Part shown: one piece after another, positions 17,196 through 26,669 of the stretch
How the letters are laid out: the number at the start of each line of letters is the position of its first letter
Numbering within the stretch: position 1 is the stretch's first letter
From: an uncultured Gammaproteobacteria bacterium
GTDB taxonomy: Bacteria; Patescibacteriota; Microgenomatia; Levybacterales; GWA1-39-11
Assembly: GCA_964651815.1 (NCBI GenBank)
Contig: CAZYWG010000009.1
Span: 601-64,600, forward strand
Length of the DNA: 64,000 nucleotides
Direction of reading: 5' to 3'
Program-made: the position numbers and the translations under genes
Notes under the pieces: generated by a model
What the model saw: the letters and a program-made list of their open reading frames with translations, nothing else
Databases searched by the model: none
What the model was told of the DNA's origin: nothing

Positions 17196-17480
17196 ATGAA
17201 AATTGACGTAAAACACACGGCAAAGCTTGCAAGCCTTACCCTCTCAAATAGTGAGCTTGAAAAGTTTGAAAAACAACTTGAAGAAACACTTTCCTACATT
17301 GAAAACCTCAGTGAGATAGATACGTCAAAAACAGAAGCAACCAACCAAGTTACCGGACTTGAAAATATTACGCGCGAAGATATAGCGGCTCCTTCTCTGA
17401 CCCAAGAAGATGCTTTGTCAAACACAAAATCGCAACATAACGGTTTTTTTATGGTTGATGCAATTCTTGATAATGAGTAG
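17196..17480 (+). CDS. gatC: Asp/Glu-tRNA amidotransferase subunit C
   Basis: A 94-aa product with LSELEKFEKQLEETLSYIENLSEIDTS, TREDIAAPSLTQEDAL and a C-terminal GFFMVDAIL, all GatC signatures. Confidence 0.8.
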   Translation: MKIDVKHTAKLASLTLSNSELEKFEKQLEETLSYIENLSEIDTSKTEATNQVTGLENITREDIAAPSLTQEDALSNTKSQHNGFFMVDAILDNE

Positions 17481-17483
17481 TCT

Positions 17484-17957
17484 ATGAATGACAGGTTCTA
17501 TAAAGAAATAAAAGATTCAACTACGCTCACTCACGTTGCAGAAGGTTTGATTAAAGTTTTCAAGGAAGTAAGAACTGCAGAAAAGAGCGAAAAATTGGGC
17601 TATGTGTCGGGAATAATTACGTCTGATGGTAACAAAAAAATAAAAGATAACATGAATAGGCTCGAAAAATATACGATTGCCCTAAGAAACAAACTATCTT
17701 TCCCAGTTTTTTCTGGCGTAGATGTTTTTGAAGACAGAGTTTATAGCAAACTTGAGGAGCGAGAATTTGCCCGGGAAATGAGACAAAATCATTTCATAGA
17801 ATTTTGGCGAAAAGTCTTGCGATCCGGACACATTACAGACATTTTTATGACTCCAAGATGGGAAGAATCAGAAGGAGCACGGGACGAAATGGATATTGCA
17901 AAAAAGCAAAAAATAGAAATTCACTTTATTAATGAAGCGTTTCTTGCTTATGAATAA
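17484..17957 (+). CDS. Hypothetical protein inserted between gatC and gatA (possibly nucleoside 2-deoxyribosyltransferase-like)
   Basis: The 157-aa product has the segment LGYVSGIITSDGNKKIKDNMNRLEKYTIALRNKLSFPVFSG, weakly reminiscent of DUF4406-type folds. I have low confidence in that resemblance. Confidence 0.45.
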   Translation: MNDRFYKEIKDSTTLTHVAEGLIKVFKEVRTAEKSEKLGYVSGIITSDGNKKIKDNMNRLEKYTIALRNKLSFPVFSGVDVFEDRVYSKLEEREFAREMRQNHFIEFWRKVLRSGHITDIFMTPRWEESEGARDEMDIAKKQKIEIHFINEAFLAYE

Positions 17958-19365
17958 ATTAAACGAACTAACATTAAAAGAATCGCTTGATGGTTTAAAA
18001 TCTAAAAAATTTTCATCAGTAGAGCTGACAAAAGCATGTCTTGATCAAATTGAAATTGCAGAACCAAAAATTAATGCATACGTAACTATTACTAAAGACG
18101 GTGCAATAGCTGATGCCAAAAGAGCGGACGAAACGCGTGCCGCAGGAATTGAAAAACCATTACTTGGTATACCTCTTGCAATTAAGGACAACTTTTCAAC
18201 CAAAGGGGTTAGGACGACTGCTTCAAGCAAAGTTTTGGACGAATACACTCCTCCTTTTGATTCAACTGTTGTATCAAAATTACAAGATGCCGGAATTGTT
18301 ATGCTAGGAAAAGCAAATATGGACGCGTGGGCCCACGGATCTTCTACAGAAACATCAGATTATGGCGCGTCAAAAAATCCATGGGATATTACTCGCATGC
18401 CTGGCGGCTCGTCCGGCGGAAGTGCTGCATCAGTTGCTGCTCAAGAGGCAATTGGAAGCATAGGATCTGAAACAGCAGGATCCATAAGACAACCTGCATC
18501 TTGGTGCGGAGTTGTAGGAATGAAACCAACATACGGACGAGTAAGCCGATATGGAGTAGTTGCAATGGCATCCTCGCTTGACTCTCCGGGACCAATAACA
18601 AAAACGGTTGAAGATTCTGCAATAATTTTGCAGGTTTTAGCAGGTCAAGACAAAATGGACGCAACTACTTCCCCTCTTCCAGTTTCAGATTATCTAAAAA
18701 ATTTAAACAAGGACATAAAGGGTCTAACATTAGGAATATCCGATGATTATTTTGAGGGTGTCGACGGTGAAATAAAAAATGCTATCGAAGAATCATACAA
18801 AGTGTTTGAAAAACTTGGTGCCAAAATTAAAAAAATCAAACTTTTTGATCCTAAATATGCAATCGCCGTTTACACAATACTGCAACGTGCTGAAGTTTCA
18901 TCTAATCTTGCGCGTATGGACGGAATTAGATTCGGCTACGATAGAACTTTTTTTGGTGATGAAGCGAAAAGAAGAATAATGCTGGGTACTTATACTCTCT
19001 CTGCTGGGTATTACGATGCATATTACAAAAATGCTCAGAGAGTAAGAACTATAATAATTGACGACTTTAGTAAGGCTTTCAAAGACGTTGATTTAATTCT
19101 AGCTCCAACAAATCCAGTTCCTGCTCTAAAACTAGGCGAGTCATCAAATAATCCAATGTTTGGAGAAATGATGGATGTCTTAGTTGAACCATCATCTATT
19201 GCAGGGCTTCCGGGAATCAGCGTACCCTGCGGCTTTACCAAAAGCCACCTGCCGATAGGAATGCAAATAATGGGCCCGCAATTTTCAGAAGAACTTATTT
19301 TAAATGCTGCTCATAAATACGAAGAAGAAACCGACTGGCACAAAATGAGGGCTAAATTAACATAA
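17950..19365 (+). CDS. gatA: Glutamyl-tRNA(Gln) amidotransferase subunit A (amidase)
   Basis: Amidase signature GGSSGGSAASVAA and the Ser-cisSer-Lys context. The start was moved to ATG 17950 (MNKLNELT) to limit overlap with the upstream gene. Confidence 0.9.
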   Translation: MNKLNELTLKESLDGLKSKKFSSVELTKACLDQIEIAEPKINAYVTITKDGAIADAKRADETRAAGIEKPLLGIPLAIKDNFSTKGVRTTASSKVLDEYTPPFDSTVVSKLQDAGIVMLGKANMDAWAHGSSTETSDYGASKNPWDITRMPGGSSGGSAASVAAQEAIGSIGSETAGSIRQPASWCGVVGMKPTYGRVSRYGVVAMASSLDSPGPITKTVEDSAIILQVLAGQDKMDATTSPLPVSDYLKNLNKDIKGLTLGISDDYFEGVDGEIKNAIEESYKVFEKLGAKIKKIKLFDPKYAIAVYTILQRAEVSSNLARMDGIRFGYDRTFFGDEAKRRIMLGTYTLSAGYYDAYYKNAQRVRTIIIDDFSKAFKDVDLILAPTNPVPALKLGESSNNPMFGEMMDVLVEPSSIAGLPGISVPCGFTKSHLPIGMQIMGPQFSEELILNAAHKYEEETDWHKMRAKLT

Positions 19366-19366
19366 T

Positions 19367-20728
19367 ATGAATTACAAACCGGTCATTGGACTTGAGGTAC
19401 ACGTAGAACTTAAAACAGAGAGCAAAATGTTTTGTGCTTGCTCAGCAAATTATTTTGGTGAGAAACCAAACACGCATACTTGCCCCGTTTGCCTTGGGTT
19501 ACCTGGGGCGCTTCCTGTCCCAAACAAAACAGCTATTGAATGGTGCATTATGATTGCCTTAGCTTTAAACTGCAAGATTTTAAACAATTCAAAATTTGAC
19601 AGAAAAAATTATTTTTACCCTGATCTTGCAAAAGGTTATCAAATTTCGCAATACGACGAACCGTTTGGCCTGGGGGGTTTTGTCATGGTAAAAAGCTCAT
19701 CTGAATCAAAAAAAGAAGATAAAAAAATCGGCATTACTCGTGTTCACATGGAAGAAGACACCGGGAAACTTACTCATGCAAACGTTGACGGAAGAAATGT
19801 TAGCCTTATTGACTTTAACCGCTCCGGCGTTCCACTTGTTGAGATCGTTACCGAACCTGATTTTGACAGCGCTTTCCAAGTGACACAGTACCTTCAAAAA
19901 CTTCAACAAATTGTGAGGTACTTAGACGTTTCAAACGCCGACATGGAAAAAGGGGACATGAGACTTGAACCAAATATTTCGTTACGAACTATAACTTCCG
20001 AAAATCAGACACTCGACAAGAATAATTTACCTAAGTACAAGGTTGAGGTAAAAAATATCAACTCATTCAAATTTGTTGCAAAAGCAATAGAAACAGAAAT
20101 CATTAGACAAAAAGAGATTCTTGAAGAAGGGAAAACTCCACCCCAGGAAACTCGCGGCTGGAATGAAGCAAAAAACAATACTGTCTCCCAACGCCTCAAA
20201 GAAGAAGCAAATGACTATCGATATTTTCCTGAACCAGATATTCCACCCATCCTGACAACAGAAAAAGAGATAACTGAAATCAGAAAGCAGATACCGGAAT
20301 TGCCGGACGACAAAAAGAAAAGGTTTGAATCAGAATATTCTATGACTATTTACGACGCCGATATTTTGACTCGAGAGAAAAATTTAGCTGACTACTTTGA
20401 AGAAGCAGTAAAAGTTGGAATCAAACATAAAGTTACATCAAAACAGATAGCAAATTACATAATTAACAAAAAACTGAATATTGAGAAGACTGTTCCTGCA
20501 GAACTGATTGAACTAATTATGTCTACTCAACAAACGGCTAGCATTAGCCTTGATGATTTAAAAAATGCAGTCGAACAAACGCTTCTTGCAAATCCCAAAG
20601 CTGTAGATGATTATAAAGCCGGAAAAATCCAAGTAATTGGCTTTTTAATAGGGAAGGTAAAACAACTTTTGCCCCAAAATTCATCGAGTGAGGCCGTCAA
20701 AGCTGCAATTGAACAAGCTCTGAAATAA
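19367..20728 (+). CDS. gatB: Asp/Glu-tRNA amidotransferase subunit B
   Basis: MNYKPVIGLEVHVELKTESKMFCAC, CPVCLGLPGALP and a C-terminal YqeY-like domain. Confidence 0.9.
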   Translation: MNYKPVIGLEVHVELKTESKMFCACSANYFGEKPNTHTCPVCLGLPGALPVPNKTAIEWCIMIALALNCKILNNSKFDRKNYFYPDLAKGYQISQYDEPFGLGGFVMVKSSSESKKEDKKIGITRVHMEEDTGKLTHANVDGRNVSLIDFNRSGVPLVEIVTEPDFDSAFQVTQYLQKLQQIVRYLDVSNADMEKGDMRLEPNISLRTITSENQTLDKNNLPKYKVEVKNINSFKFVAKAIETEIIRQKEILEEGKTPPQETRGWNEAKNNTVSQRLKEEANDYRYFPEPDIPPILTTEKEITEIRKQIPELPDDKKKRFESEYSMTIYDADILTREKNLADYFEEAVKVGIKHKVTSKQIANYIINKKLNIEKTVPAELIELIMSTQQTASISLDDLKNAVEQTLLANPKAVDDYKAGKIQVIGFLIGKVKQLLPQNSSSEAVKAAIEQALK

Positions 20729-20729
20729 G

Positions 20730-20738
20730 TGTTAAAAT
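20730..20738 (+). promoter_or_regulatory. Extended -10 (TGTTAAAAT) 8 nt upstream of the GGDEF gene ATG
   Basis: TGTTAAAAT-aaacactg-ATG(20747). A small hairpin GTGTT-aaaataa-AACAC overlaps it. Confidence 0.3.
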
Positions 20739-20746
20739 AAACACTG

Positions 20747-21529
20747 ATGTCAGATATAGGAACCCCAGAAAATGTAATCCCAATAACTAAAGCAACGAAG
20801 CTTCAAAAAGTTTACGACCAGAATTTTAATAGGGAAGGAGAAACTGCAATAAAACCAATTTTTTTTAGCGAAATAGATAGACGAGCAAGATCGGATACTG
20901 TAAGTCAACTTGGAAATGCAATTCAAAAAGAAAGGACCCGAGAAGCGTTAGATGAGGCGAGAACCGACCCGCTTACCGGCCTCAGAAATAGGTTGGGATT
21001 TGAAGATTCTCTTACAATGGCAATTGATAATACAAAAAAATTTGGGCACCCTTCATCCCTTGCAATGGGGGACGTAAATAATTTAAAACCCACAAACGAT
21101 GAAAAGGGTTATGAATTTGGAGACAAACTACTAATAAATGCCGGAGAAGGACTCTCGCAAGGTGACAAAAAAAATACCTCAAGATGGGGTGGCGACGAAT
21201 TCGGGAGGGTATTTAAAAATCAAACGGAAGAACAGGCGGCAGTAGTATTGAGAGAAGAAGTAGCCCCAGACCTTGATAGAAGAGGTGTTGAAATGGGTAT
21301 AGCTGTAATACAAATTGATGGTTCGAACGAGCAAAATAAAAAAGAAACTCTCAGACTTGCAAACAAAGTTCTTAAAATTGCAAAAAAAAGATCAAAAGCA
21401 GCAGGAAAAGTAATAGTCCTAAGACCAGCAGATTTAACAAATCAGGAAATATTAGAAGTAGAAAGTACTAACACTCAACAACCTCAAGCCGCAATAGAAC
21501 CGGCGGATGAACTTGAGAGTGTAGCATAA
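20747..21529 (+). CDS. Minimal stand-alone GGDEF-domain protein (putative diguanylate cyclase)
   Basis: DPLTGLRNRLGFE, MGDVNNLKPTNDEKGYEFGDKLL, RWGGDEFGRVF (intact GGDEF) and MGIAVIQ. There is no RxxD I-site and no recognisable sensor domain in the 90-aa N-terminus. Confidence 0.7.
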   Translation: MSDIGTPENVIPITKATKLQKVYDQNFNREGETAIKPIFFSEIDRRARSDTVSQLGNAIQKERTREALDEARTDPLTGLRNRLGFEDSLTMAIDNTKKFGHPSSLAMGDVNNLKPTNDEKGYEFGDKLLINAGEGLSQGDKKNTSRWGGDEFGRVFKNQTEEQAAVVLREEVAPDLDRRGVEMGIAVIQIDGSNEQNKKETLRLANKVLKIAKKRSKAAGKVIVLRPADLTNQEILEVESTNTQQPQAAIEPADELESVA

Positions 21530-21533
21530 ATTT

Positions 21534-24500
21534 ATGGCGGATTTTGTACATCTTCACAATCACTCAGAATACTCTTTACTTGATGGACTTTCACGAGTTG
21601 GACAAATGGTGGAACGCGCAAAAGAGCTTGGCATGTCAGCAATTGCAATAACTGACCATGGTGCGCTTTATGGAGCCATCAGGTTCTACAAAGCGTGTAA
21701 AGACGCTGGAATAAAACCAATAATAGGTTGCGAAATATATATTACACCCGGAAGCAGGCATGATAAAACGGTTGACGATAAAGATTATAACCATCTCATT
21801 CTACTGGCGAAAAATCTTGCCGGCTATAAAAACTTGATGAAAATTGTTTCCATTTCTCATCTGGAGGGATTTTATTATAAACCCAGGACCGATATTGAAC
21901 TTTTATCCAAATATAGTGAGGGGCTCATTTGTCTGACGGCTTGTCTCAATGGTTATATTTCAGATCCTCTCATGCAAAATAAAGACGCTGAGGCCGCAAA
22001 AAGGCTCGAAAGACTTTCTGAAATTTATGGTGAAGATTTATACATTGAACTTCAAAAACACCCGGAAATTCCTGAGCAAGATGTTCTCAATTCACGTTTA
22101 ATCACCTTAGCCAAAAAATACGCGGTGCCAATTGTTGCAACAAATGATAACCATTATATAAGACACGAAGACGCGGAAGCGCAAGAAATTTTGCTTTGTA
22201 TAGGTACACAAACAACAATTGATACCCCAAATAGAAAACTATCTATGTTAAGTTCACCTGATTTTTATATTAAAAGTACAGATGAAATGCGCGCGATGTT
22301 TATAGAACATCCTGAGGCCATCGAAAATACTGTTAAAATCGCTGAAAAATGTGATCTTGAGATTGCTCTTGGAAAATGGATCATGCCAATTTTTGAAGTG
22401 CCGGAGGGAAAAAGTGCGGCAGATTATTTACTAGAAAAAGTTGACGAAGGACTTACACTTAGATACGGAAAAATCACTCAGGAAACTCGTGAGCGTGTGG
22501 ATTATGAATTGTCAATTATCATTAAAAAAGCTTACGAAGCGTACTTTTTGATAGTTGCGGATTTTGTAAACTGGGCAAAAGACAATGGAATTTCAGTAGG
22601 ACCAGGACGAGGATCAGCTGCAGGATCTGTTGTATCTTATGCTTTAAGAATCACCGACGTTGATCCTTTCTACTTTAATTTACCATTTGAGCGTTTTTTA
22701 AATCCTCTGCGTCCTTCCGCTCCTGATATAGATCTTGATTTTGCAGATATTAGACGTGATGAAGTTATTGAATACGTTACGTCAAAATACGGAGATGATA
22801 AGGTTGCACAAATCATTACATTCGGGACTATGGAGGCACGAGCTGCCGTTCGGGACGCAGGACGTGCTTTAGGAATGCCATATGCGGCACCGGACCGGTT
22901 GGCTAAAATGATACCACCAGGATGGCAAGGACACGCTATGACAATTAAGTCTGCTCTTGAGCAATCTGCTGACTTATCAGTTGCATATAGAACTGAGGCC
23001 GATACAAAAAGGCTTCTTGATCTTGCAAAAAAACTTGAAGGCGTTGCGCGTCATGCATCAGTTCATGCTGCGGGAGTCGTAATATCCGACAAACCGCTTA
23101 CAGAATATGCCCCACTTCAACGCGAGTCAAATGGGGATCGTGTTGTTACGCAATATGATATGTATACAGTTGGCGAAGACGGCGTTGGCCTTCTTAAAAT
23201 GGATTTTTTGGGGCTTCGAAACCTGACAATCATTGAAGAATCGCTCCGTTTTGTCCGTGAAAATCAAGAGATAGAGATTGACCTTTCAACTCTTCCGCTT
23301 GAGGATAAAAAAACTTATGACCTTCTTTCTAGTGGGGAGACTACCGGAATCTTTCAGCTAGAATCTCCAGGTATGAGGCGCTACGTTAAAGAGCTGCGTC
23401 CTACCTCAATTTTTGACTTACAAGCAATGGTTGCGCTTTACAGACCTGGGCCAATGGCAAATATTCCAGAATTTATTGCAAGAAAACATAACCCAACACT
23501 TATCACATACCCGGACCCAAGACTTAAAGATATTCTCATGCAATCATATGGCGTATTAACCTACCAAGATGACGTTTTGCTTACTGCTATTGCTCTTGCG
23601 GGCTATTCATGGCTTGATGCTGATAAATTTAGGAAGGCGATGGGTAAAAAAATTCCCGCAGAAATGAAAAAGCAAGAAGAATTATTTGTTAAAGGCTGTA
23701 TTGCAAACGGGTTGTCTGAAAAAAAAGCGCATGAATTTTATGAATTGATTGCCCCTTTTGCAGGATACGGGTTCAACAAAGCACACGCAGCGTGTTATGC
23801 AACAATTGCTTTCCGAACTGCTTACCTTAAAGCACACTACCCTGTTGAATTTATGACTGCTCTTCTCACCGCCGAATCACGCGGTTCAACGGGCCCTGCC
23901 CGTAATGAAAAAATTGCCCAAGCTATTGCCGAATGTAAAAGACTTGACGTCACAATACTTGCGCCCTCAGTAAATTATTCGCAAGCCGATTTTAGCATAG
24001 AGAACAAAACCAAAGTAAGGTTTGGGCTTTCCGCAATTAAAAATGTAGGGAGCGCTGCCATAACTACAATTCTAGAGGCTAGAAATACTGGCCCCTTTAC
24101 CTCACTTGCTGATTTTTGTGAAAAAGTTGACCTTCAAAAAGTAAATAAAAAAACTATGGAATCTCTGATTAAAGCCGGGGCAATGGATGAATTTGGAAAG
24201 AGGGCCGCGCTTGTTTCAATATTCCCTGATATTGTAGAGAAAATTTCAAGAGAACAAAAAGCACGAGACAGAAATCAATTTGGCTTATTTGACGGTGATC
24301 CCAAACCCGCAAAAAACCATTACGAAGCCAAAATTGGGGCAAACATTGAAGAGTTTTCTGAAAAGGAGAAACTCTTTTTTGAAAAAGAACTTTTGGGATT
24401 TTTCCTGACAAATCACCCACTAAACCAGAACCTTGTGGCCATTGCCAATCAAACATCCCATCAAATCGCAACGCTTCCTGAAGAAAAAGAAGGTACCAAA

Positions 24501-24749
24501 ATAAAAGTGGGTGGCATAATTGCAACTGTTAAAAAAATTATCACGCGTAAAAGTAATGCGGAAATGGCATTTATCACTCTTGAAGATAATGTTGGCTATA
24601 CCATAGAATGCGTGGTTTTCCCAAAAATATTCGACATAAATAAATATCAATTAACTAAAGATAATATTGTTATCATTGAAGGAAAATTAGACTTTAAAGA
24701 TGAACAGCCAGTTATTTTGGTTGATACAATCGAACGTCTCGCGTCGTAA
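21534..24749 (+). CDS. dnaE: DNA polymerase III alpha subunit
   Basis: An N-terminal PHP domain (HLHNHSEYSLLDG), the polymerase core, an HhH segment and a C-terminal OB fold in a 1071-aa product. Confidence 0.95.
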   Translation: MADFVHLHNHSEYSLLDGLSRVGQMVERAKELGMSAIAITDHGALYGAIRFYKACKDAGIKPIIGCEIYITPGSRHDKTVDDKDYNHLILLAKNLAGYKNLMKIVSISHLEGFYYKPRTDIELLSKYSEGLICLTACLNGYISDPLMQNKDAEAAKRLERLSEIYGEDLYIELQKHPEIPEQDVLNSRLITLAKKYAVPIVATNDNHYIRHEDAEAQEILLCIGTQTTIDTPNRKLSMLSSPDFYIKSTDEMRAMFIEHPEAIENTVKIAEKCDLEIALGKWIMPIFEVPEGKSAADYLLEKVDEGLTLRYGKITQETRERVDYELSIIIKKAYEAYFLIVADFVNWAKDNGISVGPGRGSAAGSVVSYALRITDVDPFYFNLPFERFLNPLRPSAPDIDLDFADIRRDEVIEYVTSKYGDDKVAQIITFGTMEARAAVRDAGRALGMPYAAPDRLAKMIPPGWQGHAMTIKSALEQSADLSVAYRTEADTKRLLDLAKKLEGVARHASVHAAGVVISDKPLTEYAPLQRESNGDRVVTQYDMYTVGEDGVGLLKMDFLGLRNLTIIEESLRFVRENQEIEIDLSTLPLEDKKTYDLLSSGETTGIFQLESPGMRRYVKELRPTSIFDLQAMVALYRPGPMANIPEFIARKHNPTLITYPDPRLKDILMQSYGVLTYQDDVLLTAIALAGYSWLDADKFRKAMGKKIPAEMKKQEELFVKGCIANGLSEKKAHEFYELIAPFAGYGFNKAHAACYATIAFRTAYLKAHYPVEFMTALLTAESRGSTGPARNEKIAQAIAECKRLDVTILAPSVNYSQADFSIENKTKVRFGLSAIKNVGSAAITTILEARNTGPFTSLADFCEKVDLQKVNKKTMESLIKAGAMDEFGKRAALVSIFPDIVEKISREQKARDRNQFGLFDGDPKPAKNHYEAKIGANIEEFSEKEKLFFEKELLGFFLTNHPLNQNLVAIANQTSHQIATLPEEKEGTKIKVGGIIATVKKIITRKSNAEMAFITLEDNVGYTIECVVFPKIFDINKYQLTKDNIVIIEGKLDFKDEQPVILVDTIERLAS

Positions 24750-24833
24750 AAAATAATTATCTTTTGAAAGTTTTTAAATCTTCACGAAATAGTCAAAATC
24801 GGGATTGACTAACTTTTTTATATTCTATACAAT

Positions 24834-25592
24834 ATGAATCGCCCTATGGCAGCAATCTCGCTTGCACCCGAAGTTATTACTCACGTTGGAGGCCTCAAAA
24901 TCACCAACACTATTTTGTCAACACTCCTTGTTGATGTGGTTCTAGTGTCCTTTGTAGCACTCGTTGCAAAGAATCTAAAACCCGTTCCCGGAAAATTACA
25001 AACAATTGCAGAAGGTGCGGTGTCCTATTTCTATGATACTACTCTTCAGATTGCCGGAAAATATACTGATGTCATTTTTCCATGGTTTGCAAGCTTTTTT
25101 CTCTTTATTTTTGTGACAAATATATTAGGGCTTCTACCCGGCTTTGGGACAATTGGCTTTTTTGGACACGAAGGGAAAATCGCAACATTTGTACCTTTAC
25201 TCCGCCCTGGCACTTCAGACTTTAATTTAACGTTTGGGCTTGCTGTAACATCTCTTGTAATTACGCATTTTCTTGCTATTAAATACAACGGTATTTGGGC
25301 TTACCTTAAAAGGTATTTTTCTCTTAACCCAATTTTTCTTTTTGTAGGAATTCTGGAAATTGTTTCAGAATTTACAAAAATAATTTCGCTTTCTTTCCGA
25401 CTTTTCGGAAATATTTATGCTGGGGAAGTTGTAATTCATACCATCAATTCACTTTTTGCGTTTGTTGCACCTATACCATTCCTTTTGTTAGAATCAATAG
25501 TTGCGCTTGTCCAAGCGCTTGTTTTTTCTATGTTAACAATGGTTTTTATGACAATTCTAATTACACCACACGCGGAAGGAGGTGAGCATTAG
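24834..25592 (+). CDS. atpB: F-type ATP synthase subunit a
   Basis: Polytopic protein with the conserved Arg-containing helix LSFRLFGNIYAGE. It is first in the atp operon. TTGACT, a 17-nt spacer and TACAAT abut the annotated ATG, so the true start may be the Met at 24846. Confidence 0.8.
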   Translation: MNRPMAAISLAPEVITHVGGLKITNTILSTLLVDVVLVSFVALVAKNLKPVPGKLQTIAEGAVSYFYDTTLQIAGKYTDVIFPWFASFFLFIFVTNILGLLPGFGTIGFFGHEGKIATFVPLLRPGTSDFNLTFGLAVTSLVITHFLAIKYNGIWAYLKRYFSLNPIFLFVGILEIVSEFTKIISLSFRLFGNIYAGEVVIHTINSLFAFVAPIPFLLLESIVALVQALVFSMLTMVFMTILITPHAEGGEH

Positions 25593-25799
25593 ATGCAATT
25601 TACTCTCACGCATGGAGCAGTTATTGCTATCGGAGGATTTTTCCCGGCGCTTGCGATTGGACTTATAGGTCTCAAAGCAATGGAAGCAATTGGAAGGAAT
25701 CCCGATGCATCCAACAAAATACTACCAGCAATGTTACTAGCCATGGCTTTTGCTGAAGCTATCGCGATTTACGCTCTGATTTTAGCGTTCGTCGGATAA
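25593..25799 (+). CDS. atpE: F-type ATP synthase subunit c
   Basis: A 68-aa two-helix hairpin (GLIGLKAMEAIGRNP...AMAFAEAIAIYALILAFV) preceded by the SD GGAGGTGA. Confidence 0.85.
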   Translation: MQFTLTHGAVIAIGGFFPALAIGLIGLKAMEAIGRNPDASNKILPAMLLAMAFAEAIAIYALILAFVG

Positions 25800-25819
25800 G
25801 AAAATTCCAACTTTAAGTT

Positions 25820-26323
25820 ATGGAAATTTTGAATAATTTTGGATTTGAACCGGTATTTTTTGCCGCCCAAATTGTAAACTTTTTGATTCTCGCATTTGTA
25901 TTTAAAAAGTTCTTGTATAAACCTGTCTTGAAAATGCTCAAAGACCGCGAGAAAAAAGTTGCAAAGGGTCTTGCTGACGCAGAAAGCGCTGCAAAAGCTT
26001 TGGAAGCGGCCGATTCGGAAAAAGACAAAATACTTGCTCACGCAACAATTGAAGCAGAAAAAATAATAGACGAAACAAAGAAAAATGCGGAGTCCCTTAG
26101 GGTTGAGCTCCTAGAAAAATCCAGGTCTGATGCTCAAAAAATAATTAGTGAAGGGAAAACCGCAGCCGTAATTGAAATGAAAAAAGCAGAAGAACGCGTT
26201 CATGACATGGCTCTTGAGGTATCAAAACGTGTACTCTCAAAAATTTTGGATGAACTTTTTACCAAACAGGAAAAAGAGAAAATTTTAGCACGAGACATAG
26301 AAAAGCTTACTAAATATGAATAA
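25820..26323 (+). CDS. atpF: F-type ATP synthase subunit b
   Basis: An N-terminal TM helix followed by a long charged coiled-coil rich in A, E and K, in operon position. Confidence 0.75.
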   Translation: MEILNNFGFEPVFFAAQIVNFLILAFVFKKFLYKPVLKMLKDREKKVAKGLADAESAAKALEAADSEKDKILAHATIEAEKIIDETKKNAESLRVELLEKSRSDAQKIISEGKTAAVIEMKKAEERVHDMALEVSKRVLSKILDELFTKQEKEKILARDIEKLTKYE

Positions 26324-26657
26324 GGCTCACATTAGAAAACTTGCCCGTTTAACATTTGGAAAGGGAAAGATTGAAAGCAAATCGGCAAAATTTGTCATTG
26401 AAAATTTTACCAGAAAAGACTTAGCTACGTTTTCAAGGATTTTAAAAAAATTAATTTCGGAGACTACTGTAAGAGTTATTTCAGCTGATATTTTAAGCCC
26501 GATGTTTATGCAAAGAATCAAAAAAGAATTTTCTGACAAAAAAGTTTACTTTGAACAGGATAAAACAATTACTACTGGAATTAAGATCATATCAAATGAT
26601 ACAATTATTGATCTTTCAGTTGCTAATTTTCTTACCAGCGCAATTGAAAAGTTATAA
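26316..26657 (+). CDS. atpH: F-type ATP synthase delta (OSCP) subunit, unusually short (113 aa)
   Basis: It sits between atpF and atpA, and its C-terminal region (…TGIKIISNDTIIDLSVANFLTSAIEKL) resembles the delta C-terminus. The usual N-terminal helical bundle appears to be missing. Confidence 0.5.
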   Translation: MNKAHIRKLARLTFGKGKIESKSAKFVIENFTRKDLATFSRILKKLISETTVRVISADILSPMFMQRIKKEFSDKKVYFEQDKTITTGIKIISNDTIIDLSVANFLTSAIEKL

Positions 26658-26669
26658 ATAACAAAAATT

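Noticed and set aside
24805-24833. TTGACT, 17 nt, TACAAT promoter directly abutting the annotated atpB ATG.
   Set aside because: The -10 box ends 0 nt from the ATG, so a transcript could not include that codon. Either the real start is the Met at 24846 or the match is fortuitous. It is recorded in the atpB evidence rather than as a feature.
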